Below are positions 50,591 through 59,203 of a stretch of DNA of 64,000 bases, in pieces (the first letter of the stretch is position 1; every line of letters starts with the position of its first letter). This stretch comes from Myxococcota bacterium (GTDB lineage: Bacteria > Myxococcota_A > UBA796 > JAFGLY01), in contig JAJRWT010000051.1 in the NCBI GenBank assembly GCA_024276675.1, positions 21,324 through 85,323 of the forward strand, written 5' to 3'. Below the pieces are notes generated by a model, which was not told the DNA's origin, did no database searches, and saw only the letters and a list, made by a program, of their open reading frames with translations. The position numbers and the translations under genes were made by a program.

Positions 50591-52951
50591 TTGAACAACT
50601 TGCACCTGATGCTCGGTCTTCGTTACAGTTTTTCTCCCAGTGAGCCACGCTCCTTTCTGGAAGATGCCTGGGCACGTCTGGGCTCACCCGTTCTGCAGGT
50701 GTTGGGCCAGTTTCCTCAACTCAGGATAGCACTGCACATCAGTGGCACAATCCTGGACCTTCTGGATACCACTTTCCAGGAAGATGCCCTGCTACTGAAG
50801 GAACTGGTCGGTGCCGGGCAGGTGGAAGCCATCGCGGGGGGATACTACGATCCTGTCCTGTCGGCCATACCAGAGCGGGACGCTCTGGGACAGGTACAAC
50901 TCTCTCGTAGAAAACTCGAAAGCCTCCTCTCCGCCACAGTGAACGGCTCCTGGATTTTACATGGAGCATGGGATCCATGCTTGCCGCGCTTGCTGGTGAA
51001 AGCAGGAATGCGCTACGCGGTCCTGGATGGATGGGCCTTCAGACAGGCCGGCCTGGCAAAGAGTGCCCTTCGCGGCTTCTATATGACCGAACGTGAGGGA
51101 GCCGCCCTTGCCCTCTTCCCCCTGCACGAGGATCTGGCCGGCACGGATCCCGGCGACAAGCCTTCACAGGTGCTGGCCAGATTGCGGCGCATTTCCGCCC
51201 TGGAGCCCGTTGGCAGTATCTCCTGTTTCATCGATGCCAGGCGCTTCCTGGATCACCCGGGCTGTCTGCTTCCAGGCGACAAAGCAGAACCATGGCTCGT
51301 TGCGCTCGTGCGGATCCTGGCCCGCAACGACCACTGGCTCAAGACCAACACCTTCTGGCAGGCATTGAGGCAGGGGATGCCTGCTGGCTCGCTTTATCTT
51401 CCAAGTTCCCTGAACCCAGCGATGCTGGCCCAGCTCATGACCCCGAAGCACAGCAGCGGCTTGTCCATGCTATCCCGGTTGAAACGTACTGGCCAATCTC
51501 TGGAAGCCTCGGATATTACGACGTTTTTCGGTGGTGGGCCATGGGAGGCATTTCTGACTCGCCATGCCGAGGCCAACAGGCTCCACAAGAGAATGATTCG
51601 TGCTTCTCGGGAGGTGGCGCGTCTGGCTTCCTTGAGGAAGCAGACCAGGAACCCAAAGCAACAGCAGACCATTACATTGGCCTGGGAACTGGCCCGCAGG
51701 GAGTTGTATCGCTCCCAGACTGCCGCTCCCTATTCCCACGATTACTGGGGGGGAGTTTTTTCCGGGGCTTCCAGGCACGAAGCCTATGCCGCGTTGTTGA
51801 GAGCGGAGATGCATGTACTGCGAACCTTTCCTGCGAGGGAGCGTTTCAGGTTCCAGCGCGCCGACTATGACTGTGATCGCAACGTGGAGGTCCTGGTGAC
51901 CACTCCGTTTCTGGGGGCGATCGTGGACCCGGACCAGGGGGGGAGCTTGGCCGAACTGGACTCGTGGGCTCTTCCCGGCAACCTGCTCAATACCTTCACG
52001 AGGCGGGAGCAACTCTGGTACAGTCTATTCAACGGCAACCACAACCTGCCGGCGCTCGTCAGGGATCGGCCGCCCTTTCCAGGTCGTATCCATGACGCCA
52101 CGGGAGTGGTGGAGCCCCTGGTCGACCTGGAGATCTGGGACACAGAAGAAGGCATTGAAGAACAACGACATCCCCATGCCGAAGCTCCCGGCCGGGACGA
52201 GATCCAGCAGTTGGCCAAGGACCTGGCTGCCCTGGGTGTGTGGCATCCGTGCAACTCCCCCATCACGGTGGATCCAACTGCTTTCCAGGGGCGTCAAATG
52301 GCCCTCGATCGTTTCACACGAAACAGCTTCATGGACAGATTCCTGGGCGAGGATGCCACCCTGCGTAATTTCGCGATGGGTCAGTTTCCCGAGGAAGGGG
52401 ACTTCGTCGGATCATCCTATTCGCTCTTGCGGGTAGATCACCACGGAAGCACCATCAGGGTCAATCTGGCCCGTGACGGATTTGTGAGTTCGGCAGTTCC
52501 CGGCATGGATCGTGGATCTGTGCGGCTTGTCAAGAGGTACATCTTCTTGAAGACGCGGCCGGTGATGGCCGTGGAGTACGAAATAACCAACAGATATCGG
52601 GAACCCCTGGCATCCAGGTTTGGTGTGGAACTCAACTTGAACCTGGATTCGTCGCGTGGGGAAAAGCAGTACCTTCTTTTCGACGACGGCACTCGCATGG
52701 ATCTTTCGCAGGAATTGGAACGTGAATCCTGCTCCCATGTCACCTGGATAGACGAAGATCGTGGCATTCGTTTCAAGCTGTCTCCCGAGCCTGATTCACG
52801 GCTATGGGTTGTTCCCATAGAGACCGTGGCACCTGTACGGGGAGCTTTTCATGTCTCCTTCCAGGGGATGTGCTTGCTGTTTTCATGGCCCATGAGTCTA
52901 TGGGGCGAGGAAAGGCGGGAATTGGCCGTAAGGTGTCGGCTGGAAACCTGA
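50591..52951 (+). CDS. GH57-family-like protein (alpha-amylase/4-alpha-glucanotransferase fold) with degenerate catalytic regions
   Basis: GQVEAIAGGYYDPVL matches GH57 region II. SQTAAPYSHDYWGGVF matches region V. Region I HQP is replaced by LRYSF, and region III W..E..W reads WILHGAW. TTG start at 50591; alternative ATG at 50609. Confidence 0.6.
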   Translation: MNNLHLMLGLRYSFSPSEPRSFLEDAWARLGSPVLQVLGQFPQLRIALHISGTILDLLDTTFQEDALLLKELVGAGQVEAIAGGYYDPVLSAIPERDALGQVQLSRRKLESLLSATVNGSWILHGAWDPCLPRLLVKAGMRYAVLDGWAFRQAGLAKSALRGFYMTEREGAALALFPLHEDLAGTDPGDKPSQVLARLRRISALEPVGSISCFIDARRFLDHPGCLLPGDKAEPWLVALVRILARNDHWLKTNTFWQALRQGMPAGSLYLPSSLNPAMLAQLMTPKHSSGLSMLSRLKRTGQSLEASDITTFFGGGPWEAFLTRHAEANRLHKRMIRASREVARLASLRKQTRNPKQQQTITLAWELARRELYRSQTAAPYSHDYWGGVFSGASRHEAYAALLRAEMHVLRTFPARERFRFQRADYDCDRNVEVLVTTPFLGAIVDPDQGGSLAELDSWALPGNLLNTFTRREQLWYSLFNGNHNLPALVRDRPPFPGRIHDATGVVEPLVDLEIWDTEEGIEEQRHPHAEAPGRDEIQQLAKDLAALGVWHPCNSPITVDPTAFQGRQMALDRFTRNSFMDRFLGEDATLRNFAMGQFPEEGDFVGSSYSLLRVDHHGSTIRVNLARDGFVSSAVPGMDRGSVRLVKRYIFLKTRPVMAVEYEITNRYREPLASRFGVELNLNLDSSRGEKQYLLFDDGTRMDLSQELERESCSHVTWIDEDRGIRFKLSPEPDSRLWVVPIETVAPVRGAFHVSFQGMCLLFSWPMSLWGEERRELAVRCRLET

Positions 52952-52983
52952 TGGGAGACCAGCGGTCGAGCCGGAGCCTGGCT

Positions 52984-53061
52984 GGCGACAGGACCGATGT
53001 TCCGAGCCCCGTTGCCTGTCGTCCCTGACCTGTCGCCGCACGTGCCAACGGAAGCCTGTCG
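52984..53061. promoter_or_regulatory. Cluster of CCTGTCG heptamers (3 direct, 1 inverted) upstream of the thiolase-like operon; candidate operator
   Basis: CCTGTCG at 53015, 53029 and 53055. Complement CGACAGG at 52986. GGCGACAGG (52984-52992) and CCTGTCGCC (53029-53037) form a 9-bp inverted repeat. Confidence 0.3.
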
Positions 53062-53249
53062 GGCTTTGTTGATGGATATGGGCGTTCCTGCGTGCCTGAG
53101 CATGTGGACAGAACATGACCCAAGCTTACGTGCCATGTCTCGTAACCTCGGCTATATGAACTGCTGCTACGGACCATGGACGAGTTTGACTCTCCGTGGC
53201 GATGGTTTCTCGGCAGGCCCTTTTTGATGTCCAGTACAGAGGAGGACCC

Positions 53250-54689
53250 ATGATAAAGTTCACAGAGCGAAATCTCGCTCCCCCCAAGCAAATGCGCCCG
53301 GTATACGTGGTCGCCGCCGGTCACAGTGATTTCAGGAAGCGTTATCCAGAAAAAAAGACGGAAGAACTCTGCGTCGAGGCCTTTCGCATGCTTGCTCTGG
53401 AAAACGACCTGAAGATAAGCGGCATCCAGGAACTCAAGGGCTATATTCACTCTGCCTTCTATGGGCACTTTGCGGATCACTTCGGTGATCAACTCCTGGG
53501 CGAAGCCTTGATCCATGATCGTCTGGGCCTGGATCCGCTGGGCAACGTGGGTATCAAGACCGGTGGCGCAACCGGAGGCTCTACCGTGTGGATGGCCGCG
53601 AACGCTGTGGCTTCCGGCTATTCCGACTGTGTCCTGGCCTTGGGTTGGGAGCGAATGGACGAAGTGGATACCTGGACCGGGAACCATTACATCTCCACTG
53701 CTGCCGACAAGGATTTCGAAACCGAGCTGGGTCACATCTACACAGGCTACTACGCTCTAATGGCGCAGCGGTACTGGAAGACCTTCGGAAAATCCTCCGA
53801 TGCCTTTCGCAGAACCATGTCCAAGATTGCGGTGAAGAACCGTGGATACGCCTGTTCAAACCCGTTTGCCCAGGGCGCTGCCCGCTTGACCGTGGAAGAC
53901 GTCGAGAGATCCCCCATCGTGGCGGACCCCCTTCGTTTCTACGACTGCTGCCTGATGAGCGTGGGTGCATCCGCGCTGCTGCTTTGCGACGAGAAAACCG
54001 CCTACAGGCTGAGCGACGATCCCATACGGCTGTTCATTGCAGCAGGCAGCCACACTCTGCGTACTGCTGATCGGCGCCACATGGACATACCGCTTCTCCC
54101 GGCAGAACTCGACAACACCGACGTCAAGAGGCATTACATGGATCTCTATGGTGATGGCGAAACCGAGCCCTATCCCGGCTTTACAGGGTTCCTGGCTGCG
54201 CGTATCGCTGCTCACTACGCATACAACATGTGTGGAATCTACGATCCCATGGAAGACCTGGACCTCGTGGAACTGCACGATGCCTTCACCATCAGCGACA
54301 TCCAGACCTACGAAGACATCGGACTGCGCCCCTATGGCTCTGGTCCAGACTACATCGAAAGCGGTGACGCCTACCTGATCAATCCCAACACAGGCGAACC
54401 GGGACGGCTACCTTCCAACCTTACCGGCGGTCTCATCGGCTGTATGCACGCGGTGGGCGCCACCGGTATCATGCAGGTGGGAGAGATCATGTGGCAGCTT
54501 CAGAACAAGTGGGCGAAATTCCACGCCCCAGAAGAACTCTGGGAACGTTTCGGCAAGGAAAAACCAGCCGACTTTGAAGATCTCCAGGTCCAGGGTGCCA
54601 GGAGGGGGCTTGCAATCAGCCACGCCGGTGTGGGCTCCCATGTGACTTGCAGCATTCTGATGCGCCCAGAAGCCCTGATCAAGAAGTGA
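53250..54689 (+). CDS. SCPx-type thiolase-fold protein lacking the nucleophilic Cys (thiolase-like/aldolase-like)
   Basis: GGAGGA lies before ATG 53250. ...NVGIKTGGATGGSTVWMAANAVASGYSDCVLALGWERM aligns with SCPx [36 protein letters not shown]. C-terminus NLTGGLIGCMHAVGATG. Confidence 0.8.
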   Translation: MIKFTERNLAPPKQMRPVYVVAAGHSDFRKRYPEKKTEELCVEAFRMLALENDLKISGIQELKGYIHSAFYGHFADHFGDQLLGEALIHDRLGLDPLGNVGIKTGGATGGSTVWMAANAVASGYSDCVLALGWERMDEVDTWTGNHYISTAADKDFETELGHIYTGYYALMAQRYWKTFGKSSDAFRRTMSKIAVKNRGYACSNPFAQGAARLTVEDVERSPIVADPLRFYDCCLMSVGASALLLCDEKTAYRLSDDPIRLFIAAGSHTLRTADRRHMDIPLLPAELDNTDVKRHYMDLYGDGETEPYPGFTGFLAARIAAHYAYNMCGIYDPMEDLDLVELHDAFTISDIQTYEDIGLRPYGSGPDYIESGDAYLINPNTGEPGRLPSNLTGGLIGCMHAVGATGIMQVGEIMWQLQNKWAKFHAPEELWERFGKEKPADFEDLQVQGARRGLAISHAGVGSHVTCSILMRPEALIKK

Positions 54690-54699
54690 GGAGGCGAGA

Positions 54700-55215
54700 A
54701 TGACCAAGAATGCCTACGACTTCAACAACCTGAATCCATCCGCCACCGTGATACGTAGACTGGACCCCCTGGTGATCGAAAAGCCCAGGGCTCCTATCCA
54801 TATCCACACCTACGGCGGGGAAACCAGGTTCTTCAAGGGACTTGCCGAGGGCAGGCTGTGGGGAACCTATTGCGACAACCTGGATTGTGATCCTTCCGGC
54901 AGAGAAGCCTATATCCACCTGCCACCGCGGATCTACTGCCCCGACTGCCTGGAAAAAATGGAATGGCAGGACATCACCGATGTTGCCCGGGAAACCGCCA
55001 GGATCCACACCCACATCACGGTGCTGAACCCAGGCGCTTTCAACAGGGTTGCCATTCCCTGCCAGCTCGTATCAATCGAGATTGAAGGTGTGGCAACCGT
55101 TCTCATGAGTCAGCTCATGGGAGCGGAACCAGAGATCGGAATGCCCGTGGAACCGGTGTTCAACACCAGCAATCCCACGTTTACCATTCTGGACCTGGCC
55201 TGGAAACCGCGCTAG
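54700..55215 (+). CDS. DUF35 Zn-ribbon/OB-fold protein (thiolase partner)
   Basis: Four-Cys ribbon YCDNLDC...YCPDC, followed by an OB-fold-like C-terminus. Immediately downstream of the thiolase-like gene. Confidence 0.85.
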   Translation: MTKNAYDFNNLNPSATVIRRLDPLVIEKPRAPIHIHTYGGETRFFKGLAEGRLWGTYCDNLDCDPSGREAYIHLPPRIYCPDCLEKMEWQDITDVARETARIHTHITVLNPGAFNRVAIPCQLVSIEIEGVATVLMSQLMGAEPEIGMPVEPVFNTSNPTFTILDLAWKPR

Positions 55216-55656
55216 GCGTCCGCTGATCTCAAGCGCTGCGCTACGGCTCCAGGAGCCCTGGGGCCAAAGCGCCTACCTTCGGCAGCCGCGCTATGTGGCG
55301 ACCAGGGCGCCGGTCGCATGTCCAGATGTGCTGTGGTCGATATCAGGCGATGAAGGCGCTTTGATGCGTGGTGAAATATGCCATGTACCACAGGGCCCCT
55401 GGCAGAGGAAGCGGCTGTTCCGCAGCAGGCACGAGCTTCTGTAGGGCTCCTGTCATGGATCTGCCATCTGCGCCCATCAGAACGTTGGAGGGTGCTGGTC
55501 CCGCTGCAATAACTATGGGCCTTGGCCAGCGACGATCGACACTCCAAAAAGACGTTTCATTCCACAGTTGCCAGTACTGTCCGCGCCGCGGTATTCCTTC
55601 TGAATGGGGCATCCTGGCAAGAGCCTTGCGCGTCTTCGGTAGAAGCAGAGGAAAGA

Positions 55657-56523
55657 ATGTCTGGAAGAACGGTCGGATTTCACGGGGGAACGCTGGCTGC
55701 CACCATGGCCACGGGGCTGCTTGCAGTGTTGCTTCCCTGCAAGAGCACCGGTTGCCTGGTGCAGGAGCATTGCTACCAGGACCGTGATTGTGGAGCCAAC
55801 CAGGTTTGCGACCTGGGAAGTGGCTCTTGTGTGGTCGAATGTACGCAGGATTCCGACTGTGGTGGTGTTGGCTTCTTCTGTGAGCAGAACACCTGTGTCT
55901 TCCATTGTGAAGGTGGAGAAATTGATTGTCCCGAGGGAATGGTGTCTGTCTGCGGCATCTTCTGCATCGACATCTACGAGGCTTCTCGCCCGGATGCCAC
56001 TTCCAATTCATCGGGTTCTGACTCCTCAATGGCCGTGAGCCAGGCTGGTGTGCTACCCTGGTACGAGACCGATTCCACCTCGATGAACAAGGCAGTCGCC
56101 TCTGCCGCATGTCTGGCGGCTGGGAAACGACTCTGCACATCCCAGGAGTGGGAGGCTGTCTGCCGTGGGCCCGATGATCTCGAGTATTGTTACGGAAACC
56201 AGTATGAAGCTACCACCTGTAACGGCATAGATGCGTTCTGCCTGTGTGAATCCGAGCCATACCCACATTGCTTCGATGACTGCGGCTCTGAGTATTCCGT
56301 CATGCCAACCGGGTATTTCAAGGATTGCACCAATGCTTTCGGAATATTCGATATCAACGGCAACGTGTGGGAGAACGTCGATTCCACCGATGGCCTTGAT
56401 CACTACAGGGGAGGGGCGTACAACTGTTCCGACTCCGAAAAGCTCCACGCCTGCGGATACGAAGCCACATGGGATCCCAGTACAAAGGGTTTTCGCTGCT
56501 GTGCAGATGGCAATGCGCGGTGA
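55657..56523 (+). CDS. Exported FGE/SUMF1-fold (C-type-lectin-like) protein with Cys-rich N-terminal module (paralog 1)
   Basis: MSGRTVGFHGGTLAATMATGLLAVLLPC. IDIYEASRPDA..., GKRLCTSQEWEAVCRG, GNVWENV, YRGGAYN, GFRCC. These resemble the RLPTEAEWE / GNVWEW / RGGS / GFRC pattern of the FGE-sulfatase domain. Confidence 0.75.
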   Translation: MSGRTVGFHGGTLAATMATGLLAVLLPCKSTGCLVQEHCYQDRDCGANQVCDLGSGSCVVECTQDSDCGGVGFFCEQNTCVFHCEGGEIDCPEGMVSVCGIFCIDIYEASRPDATSNSSGSDSSMAVSQAGVLPWYETDSTSMNKAVASAACLAAGKRLCTSQEWEAVCRGPDDLEYCYGNQYEATTCNGIDAFCLCESEPYPHCFDDCGSEYSVMPTGYFKDCTNAFGIFDINGNVWENVDSTDGLDHYRGGAYNCSDSEKLHACGYEATWDPSTKGFRCCADGNAR

Positions 56524-58130
56524 CGCCGAAGCTCGCCAACCCTGGCGCAGTAGGCTTCATTCTGGGCTTTTTTCTATCCCTCTTGCTCCCATGCCCGGCC
56601 CTGGCTGGCGAACCCTGTGGCTCGCCTTGCGGCGGCGATCCTGTCTGTGCTGTTGATCGTGGAACTTGTCTTCTACGTGAAGGCGCCTGGGAACAAGCCT
56701 TGCAGGCCATCAAGCCGGCTTTCCATGCCAATCCCCAGCAAGGTGCCATTGCTCGCCTGCTGGCACAGGCCTACCATCGTTCCGGAAACGACCTGTGGGC
56801 CTTGCGAACTCTCTGGGAACATCTGGAAGCCAGCCCGGACGACTACGAATCCCGCACCTGGGCTGCATGGTACTTGATTGGGATGGGTGACCTGGAGCAG
56901 GCGGCGCTATTGCTGGATATTTCCGAACCGGGCGCAGATCCCCTCAATCAGCGAAGAGAGCTTCTTGTAGCACTGATTGCAGCGCTGTCGGGAGATCGTG
57001 GCCCCGGAGTAGAGATCATCCGTTCCATCTACAGATCTTCCCTACCACTATTCCCAGAAGACAAGGCCCTGTTCTCCTACCTTGAGAGTGTGTTGAATGG
57101 AAGTACTGCGGAGTCCATCTACCTACGGCTGTTGTTGAGCACGGGATACTCGACCAACGCGATCGAGGGCACCCCTGAAGAGGCAACAGCCTCCTCTGCC
57201 CAGCAGACTTCTTCGCCCATCTCCCTCCTGGACACGGTGCTGCTCTGGGAACCACGCGTAATGACGGCCCTACGGCCATTGGCAGAGGCTCGTCTCAAGG
57301 CGACTCTTCCCACTGCCCATGATGCCTGGCCGCATGCCATGTTCAGTTCCGGAGCCAGGATTGGATTGGCGTTGGGGAGGCAATCGGCTCTCGAGACGAG
57401 GCTTCTCTACAGCGCCGAACTGCTGGTATTGAACGATGGGGATGACTACTCCGACAGCTCCAGCAGGTTGTTCATGGAGGCCCATCGACTGGAAGCAGAA
57501 CTCTACCCTGCACCCTGGATGCAGGTTTTCGGTGGTGCCGGTCGCAGGGTGTACCGGGAGTGGGCCAGAACTCGAACCGAGGCTGACATGGGGCTGGCTC
57601 TTCTGGCCAGTCCGGCGGATGAATGGAATCTCACGGTGGTCGTCTCTGGCAGGGCCTACGCTGCGCGGAACGAGGCATACAGCGGTTATGGATTTACGGG
57701 TATCACGCGGCTGGGAACTCCGCTGCCGATGGGTGGGATGTTCAAGGCAGTGGGAATGCTCATCTGGGACAGGTATCCTGATTCAGCAAATTACTACGGA
57801 GTCGAGAATGCCAGGACCGACAGCCTGGGCAAACTACAGGCAGGGCCCTGGACTCCGGCCTTCAAGGGCCTGCGAGCTGGTTTGACCTACACCTGGCGTG
57901 GGCGTCGCAGCACGGTTGGCGAATACGAGTTCACCGAACACCGATTGTTGGCAGAACTGCGATGGCATGCTGAAACCAGGACCAGGGGCCTGAATACCAT
58001 CCAGGTGTCCACGGAACATCAGTATCTAGCCTTTGACGTGGGCCAGCAGAAGGACAGTGGGCTGGACCGGGTACAGGATCTTCTCCGACAAGAGGAAAGT
58101 GCCCGTCGTGGCTCCACTTGTGCAGATTGA
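56520..58130 (+). CDS. Exported TPR-like + putative outer-membrane beta-barrel protein (Slam/DUF560-like architecture)
   Basis: GTG 56520 overlaps the upstream stop (GTGA). Signal peptide GFILGFFLSLLLPCPALA. Helical TPR-like N-terminal half. C-terminal half has alternating-hydrophobic strands (LRLLLSTGYSTNA, RIGLALGR, NLTVVVSGRAYAA, RAGLTYTWRGR, RLLAELRWH). Confidence 0.6.
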   Translation: MTPKLANPGAVGFILGFFLSLLLPCPALAGEPCGSPCGGDPVCAVDRGTCLLREGAWEQALQAIKPAFHANPQQGAIARLLAQAYHRSGNDLWALRTLWEHLEASPDDYESRTWAAWYLIGMGDLEQAALLLDISEPGADPLNQRRELLVALIAALSGDRGPGVEIIRSIYRSSLPLFPEDKALFSYLESVLNGSTAESIYLRLLLSTGYSTNAIEGTPEEATASSAQQTSSPISLLDTVLLWEPRVMTALRPLAEARLKATLPTAHDAWPHAMFSSGARIGLALGRQSALETRLLYSAELLVLNDGDDYSDSSSRLFMEAHRLEAELYPAPWMQVFGGAGRRVYREWARTRTEADMGLALLASPADEWNLTVVVSGRAYAARNEAYSGYGFTGITRLGTPLPMGGMFKAVGMLIWDRYPDSANYYGVENARTDSLGKLQAGPWTPAFKGLRAGLTYTWRGRRSTVGEYEFTEHRLLAELRWHAETRTRGLNTIQVSTEHQYLAFDVGQQKDSGLDRVQDLLRQEESARRGSTCAD

Positions 58131-58271
58131 CAAAAGGCGGGCTCTCCGGAGGCGACGAGGCATGGCAACTCGTGTACCTGCAGGAGCGAGGGGGCGACGA
58201 TGGAATCAGGAGATCCGTCCCGCCGTGATTTCCCGTATGATACTATTGTTTTCATTGGACGGGAGGTAGGC

Positions 58272-59120
58272 ATGTTATCGTTGTCTGGCAATGGATCTGT
58301 GAAGTTCGGGCTGTTTCTTGCGGGAGCGGGAACCATCTTTTTTTTCGCGCTGTCCAGTTGCGGTGAAGGCGACGAGAAAACTTCATCCGACAGCGCATCC
58401 GATACTGCCATCCAAGATTCGGATCCCGGGAGTGAATGCGCCACCGACACTGGTTCTGGCCCTCCCCACGACAACGCAACAGACACCGGGACAAGTCCTG
58501 CTGTTGATACCGGGCCTTGGCCCATAGACACCGGAGGACAATGTCCGGCAGGGATGGTCCCCGTGGAAAACCAGTTCTGCATTGACGCCTACGAAGCCTC
58601 CAGAGTGGATGCTACGTCGAGTTCCAGCGGCTCTGACGAATCCATGGCACAATCGGTGTCCGGTGTCATGCCCTGGAAAGTCAGTTCCCTGGCAGAGGCT
58701 GAAGCGGCTTGTGGAGCGGCCGGCAAGCGTCTTTGCGAACCAGGAGAATGGTACCAGGCCTGTACGGGGCCTGATGGTACTGAATATCCCTATGGCGATA
58801 CCTACGAGGCAGAGACCTGCAACGGCATCGATACCCATTGCGATTGCGAGGATGGGAGTCACTACGATGGCTGCTACTACGAGTGTGGAGGTTCGTACTA
58901 CCTGCTCGCCACCGGCAGCCTTGGTTCCTGTACAAACGAATATGGCGTGTTCGACATCAGCGGCAATCTGTGGGAGTATGTGGCTGGAGCAGCCGATGAC
59001 CAGGTTCGTGGTGGTGCATACAATTGTGGCGACTCCGCATCCACCCACAAGTGTGACTTCGATCTTACGTGGACACCGTCGGCTCGCGGGTTTAGATGCT
59101 GCCACGACGGGTACTTTTGA
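58272..59120 (+). CDS. FGE/SUMF1-fold lipoprotein (paralog 2) with acidic S/T/D linker
   Basis: GGGAGG lies before ATG 58272. MLSLSGNGSVKFGLFLAGAGTIFFFALSSC (LSSC lipobox). Long D/S/T linker. IDAYEASRVDA..., GKRLCEPGEWYQACTG, GNLWEYV, VRGGAYN, GFRCC. Confidence 0.78.
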   Translation: MLSLSGNGSVKFGLFLAGAGTIFFFALSSCGEGDEKTSSDSASDTAIQDSDPGSECATDTGSGPPHDNATDTGTSPAVDTGPWPIDTGGQCPAGMVPVENQFCIDAYEASRVDATSSSSGSDESMAQSVSGVMPWKVSSLAEAEAACGAAGKRLCEPGEWYQACTGPDGTEYPYGDTYEAETCNGIDTHCDCEDGSHYDGCYYECGGSYYLLATGSLGSCTNEYGVFDISGNLWEYVAGAADDQVRGGAYNCGDSASTHKCDFDLTWTPSARGFRCCHDGYF

Positions 59121-59203
59121 CCCTCGAGGACAGTGCAATGACAAACTCTGCCAGGCATGTGGAGAGCCATCACTCGCTGCGCGATCTCCCACAGGAAGGC
59201 ACC

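Noticed and set aside
55657-59120. Diversity-generating retroelement targeting the two FGE/C-type-lectin-fold proteins, a fold typical of DGR variable proteins.
   Set aside because: There is no reverse transcriptase or Avd-like gene in the window. The C-terminal coding regions of the two paralogs are too divergent to be a TR/VR pair, and no Asn-codon (AAY)-rich variable region is visible.
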